From Vulcanimicrobiota bacterium (lineage in GTDB: Bacteria > Vulcanimicrobiota > Vulcanimicrobiia > Eremiobacterales > Eremiobacteraceae), in assembly GCA_963805945.1 (NCBI GenBank), contig CAWDVP010000001.1, positions 352,001 to 416,000 on the forward strand: a stretch of DNA of 64,000 nucleotides, in the 5' to 3' direction. Positions 9,847-24,627 of this stretch are shown in pieces. Below the pieces are notes generated by a model that ran no database searches, was not told the DNA's origin, and worked only from the letters and a program-made list of their open reading frames with translations. How positions within the stretch are numbered: position 1 is the stretch's first letter; every line of letters starts with the position of its first letter. A program made the translations under genes and the position numbers.

Positions 9847-10905
9847 TTAGAAGATGCGTGCTTCGACCGCCTTGAACGAGGCGTGGAGCTGTGCGCCCGG
9901 TTGTATCCCCAGCGCCGCCAACGAATGCGCGGTCACGCGCGCGCTGATCGGCGGACGCGATGCGAGGGAGACGCGGAACGCGCCTCGATCCGGCGCGATG
10001 CTCTCGACGACCCCGCTGAAGTGGTTGCGCGCGGACGTCACCGCGGCTGTCGTGGAAAGCGTAACCGCGTCTGGGTCCACCACGACGTCCACCGGCCCGC
10101 GGTAGTCGCCTTGCACCATCAGCTCGACGCCATGCGTGAGCACGGCGCTCGAGCCGTCGCCGAGCAGACGTGCTTCGCCGCGATAGAGGTTCGTGCCGGA
10201 GAACGACGCGACGTACGGGCTCGCGGGTCGGTCGCGCAAGGCTTGCAGATCGCCGGCCTGCACTACGCGCCCTTGCTCGAGCACGACGAAACGCTTCGCG
10301 AAGAGCATCGCCTCCGCCGGCTCGTGGGTCACGAGCACGGTCGCCGCGCCGATCGCCTCGATCGCACGGCGCAGCGCTTCGCGCACTTGAGGACGCAGGC
10401 GCATGTCGAGCGCGCTCAGCGGTTCGTCGAGCAGCAGTATGGGTGGTCGCAGCGCGATGGCGCGCGCGATGGCGACGCGCTGCGTCTCGCCGCCCGAGAG
10501 CGATAATGCTCGCTGGTCCCTGAGATGCGCGGCTTCGACCAGCGCGAGCGCGAAGAGCGCACGCTCCCTCGCTTCTCCTGTGTTCGCGCCCGCTGCGCGC
10601 AGACCGAACGCGACGTTTTCAAGCGCGCTCATGTGGCCGAAGAGCGCGCCGCGTGCGAAGACATAGCCGAGTTCGCGCCGATGCGGCGGCACGTCGATGC
10701 GGCGCGCGCTGTCGTACCACGGCGTGTCGCTTGCCGCGATGCGCCCGGTGAGCGGACGCATCAGCCCGGCGATACAGCGCAGCGCAGTCGTCTTGCCGGC
10801 CCCGCTCTCGCCGACGACCGCGATGGTCTCACCCGGCGCGGCATCGAGGCGGCACTGCAGCGCGAAACCCTTGGTCGCCGCTGCGAATTCTGCGTTGAGG
10901 CTCAT
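9847..10905 (-). CDS. modC: Molybdate ABC transporter ATP-binding protein
   Basis: Walker A GESGAGKT, LSGGETQRVA, LLLDEP, C-terminal TOBE-like region; ATG at 10905. Confidence 0.9.
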   Translation of the reverse strand: MSLNAEFAAATKGFALQCRLDAAPGETIAVVGESGAGKTTALRCIAGLMRPLTGRIAASDTPWYDSARRIDVPPHRRELGYVFARGALFGHMSALENVAFGLRAAGANTGEARERALFALALVEAAHLRDQRALSLSGGETQRVAIARAIALRPPILLLDEPLSALDMRLRPQVREALRRAIEAIGAATVLVTHEPAEAMLFAKRFVVLEQGRVVQAGDLQALRDRPASPYVASFSGTNLYRGEARLLGDGSSAVLTHGVELMVQGDYRGPVDVVVDPDAVTLSTTAAVTSARNHFSGVVESIAPDRGAFRVSLASRPPISARVTAHSLAALGIQPGAQLHASFKAVEARIF

Positions 10906-11726
10906 CGCGAGGAGATCCGTGCTTGCAGGTAACGCGATGCGGCGAGCACCCCGAACGACACCGCGAGCAGGATGAGCGAGATGGCGATGGCGGCATCGAG
11001 GTCGGACTGGCCCTCTATGTACACCGCGATCGGCATCGTCTGCGTCACGCCGGGCAGATTCCCGGCGAAGGTGATCGTCGCGCCGAACTCGCCGAGCGCG
11101 CGCGCCCAGGCAAGCGCGAGCGCCGCGCCGAGCGCCGGCAGGACGGGCGGGATGACGACGCGCAGCGCGGTGTAGCTCCACGACGAGCGCAGCGTCGCGG
11201 CGGCGTCGAGCATCTCCGGATCGGTCTGCTCGAACGCGCCTTTGGCGGCGATGATGTAGAGCGGCGCGGCGACCAGCGTCTGCGCCATGACGACCGCGGC
11301 GAGCGTGAACGGCAGCTCGATGCCGAACGCGCGCAGCGCGTGCCCGAGCAAGCCCATGCGCCCGAACGCGAGCAATAGCGCGAGCCCCGCCACGACAGGC
11401 GGCAGCACCACAGGCAGGCTCACGAACGCCTCGAGCAGCGTACGGCCGCGGAAATCCCGCGCGAGCAGCAGCGCCACCGGCGTGCCGGTGACGACGATGA
11501 TGAGCGCGCTCAGTGCGGTCGTCTCGAGCGATACGAGCAGCGCCTGACGCACGACCTCGCGGTTGAGCGCGGCGAGGATGCCGGCAGCCGGCGCGTGGAC
11601 GACCAGCGCCACCAAGGCGACGGCTACCAATCCTAGGAAGAGCGCCGCAAGCACCGCGGCGCTGATCGATAGCGTCGCGTCGCGCAGCTGCGCCGACGAG
11701 CGGTTAGGGACGGCCGCGGAAGCCAC
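10902..11726 (-). CDS. modB: Molybdate ABC transporter permease
   Basis: LPVVLPPVVAG and WARALGEFGATITFAGNLPGVTQTMP; exact start uncertain. Confidence 0.93.
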   Translation of the reverse strand: MASAAVPNRSSAQLRDATLSISAAVLAALFLGLVAVALVALVVHAPAAGILAALNREVVRQALLVSLETTALSALIIVVTGTPVALLLARDFRGRTLLEAFVSLPVVLPPVVAGLALLLAFGRMGLLGHALRAFGIELPFTLAAVVMAQTLVAAPLYIIAAKGAFEQTDPEMLDAAATLRSSWSYTALRVVIPPVLPALGAALALAWARALGEFGATITFAGNLPGVTQTMPIAVYIEGQSDLDAAIAISLILLAVSFGVLAASRYLQARISSR

Positions 11727-12489
11727 GGGCGGTGAGCGACGCCTGTCCGTCGCTTGAGAGCACGTAGTCCACGAACGCCTGCGCGAGCGCGGCGTTGCCG
11801 CTTCTCTTCACGACGGCGATCGGATAGGCGGCCACCTCTTGGTCCTCGTCGGGGATCGGGAAGCTGCGCATGCGGATGCCGCTCGCTTGCACGACGTCGG
11901 AGGCGTACGCGAAGCCCGCGTCGGCTTCGCCCAGCAGCACCTTTTGGACGACGCCCTCGACGTTCTGCTCCAGGGTGACGACGTTGCGCTGCACCTGCTT
12001 GCCGTAGTCGGGCCAGAAGTGCGGGTCGGCGCTCATCTTCTGCAAGGCGACGCGTGTGTAGCGCCCACATGGCACTTCTTCGGCGCAGATCGCGAGCTTG
12101 AGGTTGTCGTGCGTGAGATCGCGCAGCGAGCGGATTTCGAGGTCGAACTGCAGGATCGCGACGAGGCTGTTGCGCGCGAAGGCGACCGGCGCGTTGACGA
12201 GTCCCGCATCCGTGGCCTTGCTCATGGAACGCTGGTCGGCGCTCGCGAAGACGTCGGCTGGCGCGCCGTTGGCGATCTGCGTCTCGAGGATCTGGCTGCC
12301 GTCGAAGTTGAGCCGCACGCTGACGCCGGGATGCGCCGCCTCGAACTTGGCGGCGATGTCGGTGAAGGCGTTGTGCAGCGAGGCTGCGGCGAACACGGTG
12401 AGCGTCTGCGACGCGGCCGCAGACGGCTGCCCGGTGCAGAGCGAGAGCGCTGCCGCACAGAGCAGCGCACGCGAAACAGGCACTCTCAT
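11704..12489 (-). CDS. modA: Molybdate ABC transporter substrate-binding protein
   Basis: Signal peptide, LTVFAAASL, GAPADVFASA, VPCGRY, GEADAGFAYASD. Confidence 0.93.
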   Translation of the reverse strand: MRVPVSRALLCAAALSLCTGQPSAAASQTLTVFAAASLHNAFTDIAAKFEAAHPGVSVRLNFDGSQILETQIANGAPADVFASADQRSMSKATDAGLVNAPVAFARNSLVAILQFDLEIRSLRDLTHDNLKLAICAEEVPCGRYTRVALQKMSADPHFWPDYGKQVQRNVVTLEQNVEGVVQKVLLGEADAGFAYASDVVQASGIRMRSFPIPDEDQEVAAYPIAVVKRSGNAALAQAFVDYVLSSDGQASLTARGFRGRP

Positions 12490-12552
12490 AAGGAAGGCTT
12501 CCGCGGCTTTGCGCGCGGCGCCGTTGTGCGTGGTGCACAAAGCGGGGCGAGC

Positions 12553-12579
12553 CGGTCGAATAAATTCGACCGCTCCATC
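12553..12579 (-). repeat. REP-like palindrome, family A, intergenic copy
   Basis: GATGGAG-CGGTCGAAT-TT-ATTCGACCG between the PPIase gene and modA. Confidence 0.85.
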
Positions 12580-12591
12580 GAGGTTCGTGGT

Positions 12592-14130
12592 CTAGCGGGG
12601 GTTGTAGCCGATTTCGACGGTGCGCAGCTTCTGCTCGACGTCGGCGGTCTGCGGGGTGACGGGCTCGCAGCGGTACATCTTGCTCACGACGTCGGCTGGC
12701 GTCTTGTGGTCTGACGGATCGTGCTTGGCCATGTTGTATGCCACGGCAAGCCCCTTGACGATCCGCCCGAAGGTGCTGAAGTTCTCGTCGAGGTGCAGCT
12801 GCGGGGACTCCGTCATGTAGTACTGGCTGCCGGCGGAGTCGTAGATCGGCCGGTTGGTCGTGTCGCTGTAGTCGAGCCCGAACGCGATCACGCCCGTGAG
12901 CTGCTCGATCGGGTTCACCTCATCGGGCACGTTGAAGCCCGGGCCGCCGTTGCCGTTGGGCTTGTCCGCATCCGGGTCGCCGCCTTGGAGGACGAAGTCG
13001 AGGATGACGCGGTTGAACGTGGTGTTGTTGTAGAAACCGGTGTCGACCATGTGCACGAACGCGTCGACGGTGTACGGCGCGGCATCCGGGAACAGCTCGA
13101 CCACGATGACGCCCTTGTTCGTGACGATCGCCACCTGCGGATGGTCCCCGGACGGTGCAGACGTCGGCAGCGCCTTCGGCTCGACGCGGTCTTCCGCTGG
13201 CACCGCCGGCGGGCGCAGGTCGACGATGGTGCCGGTGTCCTTCAAGATGTCGAGCGTGTTGCGCACTTCGACGCGCACGCGCCACGAGGGGTCGCCCACC
13301 AAGAGCCGGACGGGGATGACGAACGTCTTGTCCTTGAGCCTGCCGACGGCTTTGACCGCGTACAGACGGACCAGCTCTTCTTGATCGGTGAGCATGGTGC
13401 GCAGCAGCCCAGGATTGGTGTCGTAATACGCGCGATAGATGGCCCACGCCATTCGCCAGCGCGTCTCTTGGTCGCGTTCGGTGACGAACGCGCTGTCGAG
13501 CGTCTTGCCCGCCTGGTCCTTGAGCGGCTGCGTGAGCGCCGGCTTGCTGGCGAACGTCGACTCGCCCAATCCGATGGCGGCCTTGCCGCGCACGAATGCG
13601 TTCGGACTGTTGAGCAGATCGATGAGCGTGCCCACCGCTTCGGCGCCACCGATGCGGCCGAGCGAATCTGCCGCAGTGCCGGCGACGAGCGGCGAGCCGT
13701 GCATCGCGGCCATGCGTAGCGTGGGCACTCCCTCCGCCGACGCGATCACGCCGAGGCCGAATGCCGCCGCAGCTTTGACGTTCTCGGGCTGCGTGCCCGA
13801 CGTGAGCAGCGGCGTCAGCAACGCGACGCCTTGCGTCTTGCGCAGCCGCCCGATGGCGATCGCCGCGCGCGCGACCACGGCCGGATCGCTCGACGCCAGA
13901 AACGGTTCGAAGGCGGTCGGTGCCGTTGCACGATTGCGTTCGAGCTTGCCGATCTGGCCGAACGGCGATGTATCGGGCAGGCTCGGCGTCGGCGGCCCGA
14001 TCCCTTTGGTGGCGATCGGCTGCGGTGATCCTGTGCCGGTCGGCGATGGTGCAGGCGTGGGAGTGGCGGCGGTCAGAGCGAGCAGCACGAGCGCGGCGGC
14101 GCCGACCGCGAGGGAGCGTTCAAATCTCAT
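12592..14130 (-). CDS. Exported HEAT-repeat protein with a C-terminal cyclophilin-type PPIase domain
   Basis: Signal peptide, repeated V-x-x-x-A-A-x-x-L-G HEAT units, then [39 protein letters not shown]. Confidence 0.85.
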   Translation of the reverse strand: MRFERSLAVGAAALVLLALTAATPTPAPSPTGTGSPQPIATKGIGPPTPSLPDTSPFGQIGKLERNRATAPTAFEPFLASSDPAVVARAAIAIGRLRKTQGVALLTPLLTSGTQPENVKAAAAFGLGVIASAEGVPTLRMAAMHGSPLVAGTAADSLGRIGGAEAVGTLIDLLNSPNAFVRGKAAIGLGESTFASKPALTQPLKDQAGKTLDSAFVTERDQETRWRMAWAIYRAYYDTNPGLLRTMLTDQEELVRLYAVKAVGRLKDKTFVIPVRLLVGDPSWRVRVEVRNTLDILKDTGTIVDLRPPAVPAEDRVEPKALPTSAPSGDHPQVAIVTNKGVIVVELFPDAAPYTVDAFVHMVDTGFYNNTTFNRVILDFVLQGGDPDADKPNGNGGPGFNVPDEVNPIEQLTGVIAFGLDYSDTTNRPIYDSAGSQYYMTESPQLHLDENFSTFGRIVKGLAVAYNMAKHDPSDHKTPADVVSKMYRCEPVTPQTADVEQKLRTVEIGYNPR

Positions 14131-15404
14131 TCGTTATGCCAATAGTCTTTGAGCGCTTTGCCGCGGCTCGGGTGGCGCAGCTTGCGCAGCGCCTTCGCCT
14201 CGATCTGGCGGATGCGCTCGCGGGTGACGCCGAACTCCTGGCCCACTTCTTCGAGCGTGCGCTGGTGGCCGTCTTCGAGCCCGAAGCGCAGCACGAGCAC
14301 CTTGCGTTCGCGCTCGGTGAGGTTCTGCAGCACGTCGCCCATCTTCTCTTTGAGCATCGTCACCGATGCCGCTTCCGCCGGCGCCACCGCGTCGGGATCC
14401 TCGATGAAGTCGGAGAGATGGCTGTCCTCTTCTTCGCCGATCGGCGTCTCGAGCGAGATCGGCTCTTGCGCGATCTTCATGACCTCGCGCACCTTGTCGG
14501 GCGTGAGGCCCATCTCTTCGGCGATCTCTTCCACCGAAGGATCGCGGCCGAGCTCTTGCAGCAACTGGCGGGAGATCTTGACGAGACGGTTGATGGTCTC
14601 GACCATGTGCACCGGGATGCGGATGGTGCGTGCCTGGTCGGCGAGCGCGCGCGTGATGGCCTGGCGGATCCACCACGTCGCATAGGTGGAGAACTTGTAG
14701 CCCTTCTTGTAGTCGAACTTCTCGACCGCGCGGATCAGGCCGAGATTGCCTTCCTGGATGAGGTCGAGGAAGAGCATGCCGCGGCCGACGTACTTCTTCG
14801 CGATGCTCACCACGAGCCGCAGGTTGGCCTCGGTGAGGTCGCGTTTGGCGCCGTCGCCGATGTCGAGGATCTCTTGATCGCCGGGCGCGCCGTTGAGCCG
14901 CGCGCGCTCGCGCTCCTCTTCGGCGTGTTCGATCTTCTTGGCGAGGTCTTGCTCTTGCGCCATCCCAAGCAGCGGCACGCGGCCGATCTCCTTGAGATAC
15001 ATCCGTACGGGATCGTCGAGCGCGATGCCGGGCGGCACCGGGATCTCGACGGGCTCGGGCTCGACGACGACCTTCTTGACGACGGCGGCTTCGCTCTGCT
15101 CGTCGTCATCGTCGTCGTCGTCGGCCACGGTGAGATCGGGCATCTCGGTGATCTCGATGCTCTGGCCCATGATCTCTTCGACGAGCTCGTTGCCCTTCTC
15201 CGGATCGTCCTCGTCGTAGGCGGCGGAGATCGCCGCGATCTCGTCATAGGTGAGGAAGCCCTGCTTCTTGCCCTTTTCGATGAGCGTCTTCACCGCCGCT
15301 TCGCGCGGCACGAGCACGCCGGCGGGCTGGCCGTTGGCGGATGCTTCGGCGTTCGCGGGTGGTGATGCGACGGTTTTCGTCTTCGGCTTCTTGCCGGGGC
15401 TCAC
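14127..15404 (-). CDS. rpoD: RNA polymerase primary sigma factor
   Basis: [52 protein letters not shown]. Confidence 0.98.
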   Translation of the reverse strand: MSPGKKPKTKTVASPPANAEASANGQPAGVLVPREAAVKTLIEKGKKQGFLTYDEIAAISAAYDEDDPEKGNELVEEIMGQSIEITEMPDLTVADDDDDDDEQSEAAVVKKVVVEPEPVEIPVPPGIALDDPVRMYLKEIGRVPLLGMAQEQDLAKKIEHAEEERERARLNGAPGDQEILDIGDGAKRDLTEANLRLVVSIAKKYVGRGMLFLDLIQEGNLGLIRAVEKFDYKKGYKFSTYATWWIRQAITRALADQARTIRIPVHMVETINRLVKISRQLLQELGRDPSVEEIAEEMGLTPDKVREVMKIAQEPISLETPIGEEEDSHLSDFIEDPDAVAPAEAASVTMLKEKMGDVLQNLTERERKVLVLRFGLEDGHQRTLEEVGQEFGVTRERIRQIEAKALRKLRHPSRGKALKDYWHNE

Positions 15405-15411
15405 GGTGGGG

Positions 15412-17190
15412 TCACTCCTCTGTTCTGTGATGATCGTCGACGCTGCCAGACAGCGAAACGCGCAGCGCGTTGTACTCCTCGCGCAGCGGAGCCGGGACTT
15501 CCTGGCCTGATGAGAAGAGCACTTTCAATTCTTCGTCGAGCGACGAAAGCCTCCGCTCGAGACGCTTGCGCGCGAAGCGTTCGGCGATGCGCGTGAGGCG
15601 GTGCTCCTCGTCTTCCGACGTGAGCGGCGGCGAGGCCAGCGACAGCCGCGTCAGCTCGACCACCGACGGGTCGTCGGCGAAAAGCGTGAGCGGGTTCACT
15701 CCTTGCGCCAGGTCGTCGACGTGCGCGGCGAGCCGTTCGTAGACGCCGCGCTCCACCGGCTCTTCGAAGTCCTCAGGCGCCACGTGCTCGAGCGCGACGG
15801 CCAGCAGCTCCGGTCGCGACAGCACGAGCTGCAGCAGTTCGCGCTCGACGTTCATCGGCGCCGACGCGGTCGGCGGCGCGCGGCGGATCGCTGCTCCATC
15901 GGCGGCGGGACGCTGCGTTTGCGCGTGCGGCGGCCCGATGCGCGCCTGGCGCAGCGCGGCTTCGCTCACGTCGAGCCGGCGCGCCATCGCCTTGATGTAT
16001 TGATCGCGCTCGATGGGATCGCGCACCTGCGCGATGACGCCCATCGCCTCGCGCGCGACGTCGCTCTTGCTCGCGAAGTTCGACGCGATGCGCTTGCAGG
16101 CTTGGTCGATCTTGAAATCCACCCAGCGCGCGCCCTCGACCAGCAGCGAGGCGAACGCCGCCGGACCGCCCTCGAGCACGATCTCGTCGGGATCCTTGCC
16201 CGCCGGCAGCACGACGATGTTCACCGCCAAGCCTTCTTCGACGAGCATGTCGATGCTGCGCGCGGTCGCCGCTTGGCCGGCCGCATCGCCGTCGAAACAC
16301 AAATACAGCCGGCTGGCGACTCGGCGCAGCTCGCGCGCCTGCTCAGGGGTGAACGCGGTGCCGAGACTCGCGACGGCGTTCTTGAAGCCCGCCTGATGCA
16401 GCGCGATCGCGTCGAGGTAGCCCTCGACGACGATGAGCGTGTCGTCGGCGGCGGCGGCGCGGCGTGCGAGATGCAGTCCGTACACGTGCTGGCGCTTCTC
16501 GTACACCGACGTGCTCGGCGTGTTGAGATACTTCGGCGTCTCGTCGCCGAGCGCGCGGCCGCCGAAGGCCATCACCTCGCCGGTGAGGTTGTAGATAGGC
16601 AGCATGAGCCGATTGCGAAAGAAATCGTAATAGCCGGTCTTGTGGCTGATCAGCCCGGCGCGCTCCGCAAGCTGCATGTCGACGCCGGCGCGTTCGAGCG
16701 CCTTGCTCAGACCCTCCCAGCCATCGGGCGCGTAGCCGAGGCCGAAAGCGGCGGCGGTCTCGTCGGTGATGCCGCGCTTGTGCAGGTACTCGAGCGCGCG
16801 CTTGTCGCGGCGCAGCGCGTCGGCGAAGAAGCGTTGGGCGACCGCGTTGGCCTCGTAGATCGCCTCGCGCTCGCTGCGCCGGCGCTGCGCGCCGGGCGAT
16901 TCGGCCAGCGTGACGCCCGCGCGCGCGGCGAGCATGCGCAGCGCGGTCGGGAAATCGACGTTCTCGTATTTCTCGACGAATTTGATGAGATCGCCACCGG
17001 CGGCACAGCCATGGCAGTGCCAGACCTGCTTGTCCGCGTTGAGGTAGAACGAGGGTGTCTTCTCCGAGTGGAAGGGGCAGAGCCCGCGGTACTCGCGGCC
17101 TTGCTTCTTGAGGGTGACGTACTGGCTGACGTAGGCGAGCAAGTCCACTTTTGCTTGGACTTCCGCGACCGCGCCGGAATCGAAAGGCAT
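15412..17190 (-). CDS. dnaG: DNA primase
   Basis: [11 protein letters not shown] zinc finger, PKYLNTP, TOPRIM VVEGYLD and [11 protein letters not shown] at 17190. Confidence 0.97.
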   Translation of the reverse strand: MPFDSGAVAEVQAKVDLLAYVSQYVTLKKQGREYRGLCPFHSEKTPSFYLNADKQVWHCHGCAAGGDLIKFVEKYENVDFPTALRMLAARAGVTLAESPGAQRRRSEREAIYEANAVAQRFFADALRRDKRALEYLHKRGITDETAAAFGLGYAPDGWEGLSKALERAGVDMQLAERAGLISHKTGYYDFFRNRLMLPIYNLTGEVMAFGGRALGDETPKYLNTPSTSVYEKRQHVYGLHLARRAAAADDTLIVVEGYLDAIALHQAGFKNAVASLGTAFTPEQARELRRVASRLYLCFDGDAAGQAATARSIDMLVEEGLAVNIVVLPAGKDPDEIVLEGGPAAFASLLVEGARWVDFKIDQACKRIASNFASKSDVAREAMGVIAQVRDPIERDQYIKAMARRLDVSEAALRQARIGPPHAQTQRPAADGAAIRRAPPTASAPMNVERELLQLVLSRPELLAVALEHVAPEDFEEPVERGVYERLAAHVDDLAQGVNPLTLFADDPSVVELTRLSLASPPLTSEDEEHRLTRIAERFARKRLERRLSSLDEELKVLFSSGQEVPAPLREEYNALRVSLSGSVDDHHRTEE

Positions 17191-17224
17191 GTCCGCTAGT
17201 TTGGCGCGCCCGAAGGGCGGGCCT

Positions 17225-18305
17225 TTACAGGTCCCATTCCCTTGGCGCAAGGCTCTCCGAGCCCGGGAACAGCGCCACGAACTGCTTGATCGCGAAGCGG
17301 TCGGTGAAGCCCGCGACGTAGTCGCACACGCGGCGCCCCGGCGTGTCCGCAGCGAGCGGTTCCTGGCCGAACATCTCCGGCAGCTCGTCCAGATGCTCCA
17401 TGTAATGACGGAAGAGGCGCTTCACGATGTTCTGCGCCTTCGGCTCTTCGCGTTTCGCCGCCTCGTTGAAGTAGACACGGGCGAACATGAACTCCTTGAT
17501 CGCCTCGACGGCCTCGAGCACCGGTTCCGAGAGCTTGATCTCCGCCGTGCCGCGGCATTGGTACACCATGTCCTGCACGACGGTCTCGATGCGGATCGGG
17601 CCGCGCGCCCCGAGCACCGAGATCGCCTTGGCCGGCAGCTCGCGCTCGCTGATGATGCCCGCGCGGATGGCGTCGTCGATGTCGTGGTTGATGTACGCAA
17701 GGCGATCCGCGTAGCGCACGATCTGGCCTTCGAGCGTGGACGGGATGTCCGCGTAGCCGGCGAGCGCGCCCTTGTTCTTGCTGTGCTTGGCGATGCCGTC
17801 GAGCACCTCATAGGTGAGGTTCAAGCCCACCTTATCGCCGCGCCGTTCGAGCAGTTCCACGACGCGCAGGCTCTGCTGCGAGTGCACGAACTGCGCGCCC
17901 TCGCTCGAATTCCGACCAGACTTCCGTGAGCGCCGACTCGCCGGCGTGGCCGAACGGCGAGTGGCCGAGGTCGTGGCCGAGCGCGATCGCCTCGGCGAGG
18001 TCCTCGTTGAGGCTGAGGCCGCGGGCGATCGTGCGCGAGATCTGCAGACCTCGAGCGTGTGCGTCATGCGCGTGCGGTAGTGGTCGCCGAGCGGCGAGAG
18101 GAACACCTGCGTCTTGTGCATGAGCCGCCGGAACGCTTTGGAGTGGATGATGCGGTCGCGGTCGCGCTGGAAACAGGTGCGCAGCGCGTCCTCGGGCTCC
18201 GAGCACGCGCCGGCCGCGCGAATTGCGCGCCAGCATGGCGTGCGGCGAGAGCATCGAGGCCTCGCGCGCCTCGAGCTCTTCACGGATCGACTGGGTTGTG
18301 CTCAT
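17225..18305 (-). CDS. dgt: Deoxyguanosinetriphosphate triphosphohydrolase (about three frameshifts)
   Basis: [50 protein letters not shown] and HDIDDA split across frames; upstream of dnaG. Confidence 0.9.
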
Positions 18306-18346
18306 GCGTTCTCAATCACGCCGACGGGGCGCGGCGACGAGGTGTG

Positions 18347-18371
18347 CGGTCGAATAAATTCGACCGCTCCA

Positions 18372-18373
<2 letters not shown>
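18347..18373 (-). repeat. REP-like palindrome, family A, abutting the ppdK stop codon
   Basis: Identical to the 12553 copy; its GA overlaps the ppdK TGA. Confidence 0.85.
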
Positions 18374-21302
<2,929 letters not shown>

Positions 21303-21396
21303 AGTGGCGCTGCTCCCTGCTAACGTCTATAGAAGGCAAAAATAAGGCCTATTGGCTGTTCTTTGACGCGGGACATAAGAAGTCCCGCCGAGGAAC

Positions 21397-22711
21397 TCAG
21401 CGCAAGCGGTCTGCGAAGTAGGCGGCGAGCTGATCGATCGCCACGCGCACCTGCTCTTTGGTGTCGCGGTCGCGCACCGTGACGTCGTGCTTCTCGAGGC
21501 TGTCGTAATCCACCGTGACACAGTACGGCGTGCCGATCTCGTCCTGGCGGTAGTAGCGCTTGCCGACGTTGCCGGAGTCGTCGAACGTGGTGCGCAGTTG
21601 CGGCCGCAGCTCGCGTTCGATGCGCGTCGCCAGCTCGACGATGTCGGGCTTGTTGCGCACCAGCGGGAAGACGGCGACCTTGTACGGCGCGAGCCGCGGA
21701 TGCAGATGCAGCACGGTGCGATCGTCTTCGCGCTCGTAGGCGTCGATGAGGAAGACGAGCATCGCGCGATCGACGCCCAGGGCGGGCTCGATCACCGACG
21801 GCAGGTACTTCGCTTTGGACTCTTCGTCGAAGAACGACAGGTCTTTACCGCTCGCGTTCACATGCTGCGTGAGGTCGAAGCAGCCGCGGTGGGCGATGCC
21901 CTCGAGCTCGCCCCAGCCGAACGGGTAGTCGTACTCGAGATCGGTGGTCGCCTTGCTGTAGTGCGCCAGGTCCGCGCCTGCGTATTCGTGTTTGCGCAGG
22001 CGTTCGGCTTGCACGCCGAACGACAGCCACCACGCGTGGCGCTGCTCCACCCAGTAGTGGTACCAGCGCATGCTCTCCTCGTCGTCGTCGCCGGGGATGA
22101 AATACTCCAGCTCCATGAGCTCGAACTCGCGCGAGCGGAAGATGAAGTTGCCGGGCGTGATCTCGTTGCGGAACGCCTTGCCGATCTGCGCGATGCCGAA
22201 GGGCGGCTTCTTACGCGCGGCCTGATACACCAGTTTGAAGTCGACGAACATGCCTTGCGCGGTCTCCGGGCGCAGGTACGCCTCCGACGAGTCCTCTTCC
22301 ATCGCGCCGACGTAGGTCTTGAACATGAGATTGAACGCGCGCGGTTCGGTGAGCGTCTTGTTGCCGCAGGACGGGACACTGATCGCCCTTGAGATGGTCC
22401 GCGCGAAAGCGCTTCTTGCACGTCTTGCAGTCGACCATCATGTCGGTGAAGTTGTCGACGTGGCCCGACGCGCGCCAGACATCCGGGTGCATGATGATCG
22501 ACGACTCGATGCCGACGACGTCGTCGCGCAGCGCGACCATCTCGCGCCACCAGGCCTCGCGCACGTTGCGTTTCAGCTCGACGCCGGCGGGACCGTAGTC
22601 CCATACGCCGTTGAGCCCGCCGTAGATCTCGCTCGACTGGAAGATAAAACCGCGGCGCTTGCAGAGCGCCGTGATGTCTTCCATAGTCGGCTTCGGCCGC
22701 GAGGGACTCAT
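21397..22711 (-). CDS. glyQS: Glycine--tRNA ligase, alpha2 type (frameshift near 22374)
   Basis: [52 protein letters not shown]; removing one C from TGTCCC restores CPSCG. Confidence 0.95.
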
Positions 22712-22730
22712 CGTCGGCTGGTTCGCACGC

Positions 22731-23300
22731 TCACGCGTGATTTCCGCTCGTCGCGGTCGGCGAAGGCGACGCGGCCGGGGCCGCGTGCCGCGCGCTGATC
22801 AGCTCTTGCGCGTACGGCTCGACGAGCGCGTGTCGATTGAGGAACAGGTCCGGCGCGCCGCTCGGCAGCGCTTCGTCCTCGCCCGCGGCGATCTCGTACG
22901 CCTTCTGGAATTTCGGTCCGGCTTCGCCGGTCTCCATGACGCCCATGATGTACGCGCGGATCAGCGCGTGCTCGTAGCCCTTGGCCTTCTGGTCGGCGAT
23001 CGTCCACACGACCGGCCGGAAGGGCTGGCGACGGTCGACGCCCCTGCCCGCGTAGTAGACGAGCGGGTCGTACGGCGGCATCATCTGCGGCGTCTTGACC
23101 TGGAGGACGATCGAGCCCTGATACTGTTTGAGCTCTTCGATGACCGCGGCCATGAGCGAGATGACCTCGACGCGATCGAACCCGCCCGGGCTCGGCGACG
23201 GCGAGGCGCTGTCGGCGCGTGCGCCGGCGGCGAACGCGGCGATCAACGCCGCTGCGCCGAGCGCCGCGACGACGACGGCGAAGCGCGAGCCGGAAGCGCG
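22731..23300 (-). CDS. Hypothetical exported protein (start uncertain)
   Basis: Hydrophobic leader ending ARA/DS, SPSPSP linker, coding-like codon use. Confidence 0.55.
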   Translation of the reverse strand, partial: RASGSRFAVVVAALGAAALIAAFAAGARADSASPSPSPGGFDRVEVISLMAAVIEELKQYQGSIVLQVKTPQMMPPYDPLVYYAGRGVDRRQPFRPVVWTIADQKAKGYEHALIRAYIMGVMETGEAGPKFQKAYEIAAGEDEALPSGAPDLFLNRHALVEPYAQELISARHAAPAASPSPTATSGNHA

Positions 23301-23302
23301 GA

Positions 23303-24627
23303 TTACGATGGTGCTCGCAGCGCCTGCAGGATGTCGCTCGGCTTCGGCGGTTTGCCGTACATGAGCACGCCGACGCGATACAGCTTCCCGGCCATGAGCG
23401 TGAGCGCCCAGATGGCGACGAGCGACAGCGCGATCGCGAGACCGATCTGCCACGCTGGGACGTTCGACGTCGCGACCCTCGTGAACATCACCATCGGGCT
23501 GAGCAGCGGGATCATCGACGCCGCCACGACGATCGGCTTGTCGGGATCGTTGAGCGCGAAGATCGCGGCGAAATAGGAGATGATGACGGGGACCGTGCCG
23601 ACGGTGCTGACCTGCTGCACGTCTTCCGACCTGCTGCACATGGCGCCGATGCCGGCGAACAGCGCCGCATACGAGAAGAATCCCACATGAAGAATACCAG
23701 CAGATATGCGAACGTCGAAAGCGGGATGGCGCTCGTCATCGCCGCCTGGATGCCGGCCGCCGGAACGGCGGATCCTCCGGGCATGCTGGACTGCGCTGCC
23801 GCCGCTTGCTTCGCCAAGATTGACCGCGTCTGCGTGCGACAGCGTGCTTGCGATGACGAGGACGAGGACGATCGCCGCGCCCGCCGCGGCAAGCGCGAAG
23901 ATGACCATCTGCGTGAGCGCGAGCGCGCCGATACCGAAGATCTTGCCCGCCAGCAGTTGGGCCGGCCGCACGGCGCCGATCATCACTTCCATCACGCGAT
24001 TGGACTTCTCTTCGACGACGCCCTGAGCGACCTGGATGCCATACATGAGCGTGGCGACGTAGAGCAACACGATGAGCACGAGCACGAGCACGCCCGCGAG
24101 CGTCTCCTCGCCTTCGGTCTTATACCGCTCGTTGAGCGCCACGGTCGAGAACTTGAAGTCGATCGCGCGCTTGGCTGACGCGGCCGCATCGCCGGAAAGA
24201 TCCGCGTTGACCACGACGGGGATCAGCCGCGAGCGCAGCGCGCCGGTCTTCTCGAGCAGGTTCGCCTGGCGCGGATAGAACGTGAACGCGAGACCGTCGT
24301 GCGTGCGGTACGCGACGAGCGCGCCATCATACTTCTTCGCCTTGACCTGATCCGCGATGTTCGTCAGGGAGCGCTGCGCCGTTGGACGGCGTCTTGGAGA
24401 TCGTCACGTCATACGACGTGCCGATGGCGCCGCTGATCGCGCGCGCCACCATCTTGATCCGGCGCGAGGACGATGATCCTCGAGGCGCCGCCAAGACATT
24501 GGCGAGCAGCGGCATGAACGCGAGCACGAACATGCCGGCGACCACCAATAGCGTGCCGATGAGGAAGCTGCGGCTCTTGATGCGCTCGACGTACTCGCGC
24601 TTGATGATGATGCCGGTCGATGCTCAC
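23303..24627 (-). CDS. ABC-2 type exporter permease (NatB/YhaP-like; several frameshifts)
   Basis: REYVERIKSRSF at the N-terminus, GVVEEKSNRVMEV, LLAGKIFG, KLYRVGVLMYG. Confidence 0.85.

Noticed and set aside
9798..9850. Sigma28 promoter ahead of the flagellar cluster
   Set aside because: TAAA is present, but the -10 box (CCGGCAAC) matches GCCGATAA poorly.
12490..12591. Moco riboswitch upstream of modA
   Set aside because: The interval is short, partly occupied by the family A palindrome, and no riboswitch consensus was recognised.
21368..21388. Intrinsic terminator after glyQS
   Set aside because: A 7-bp hairpin GCGGGAC/GTCCCGC exists but has no U-tract on the coding strand.
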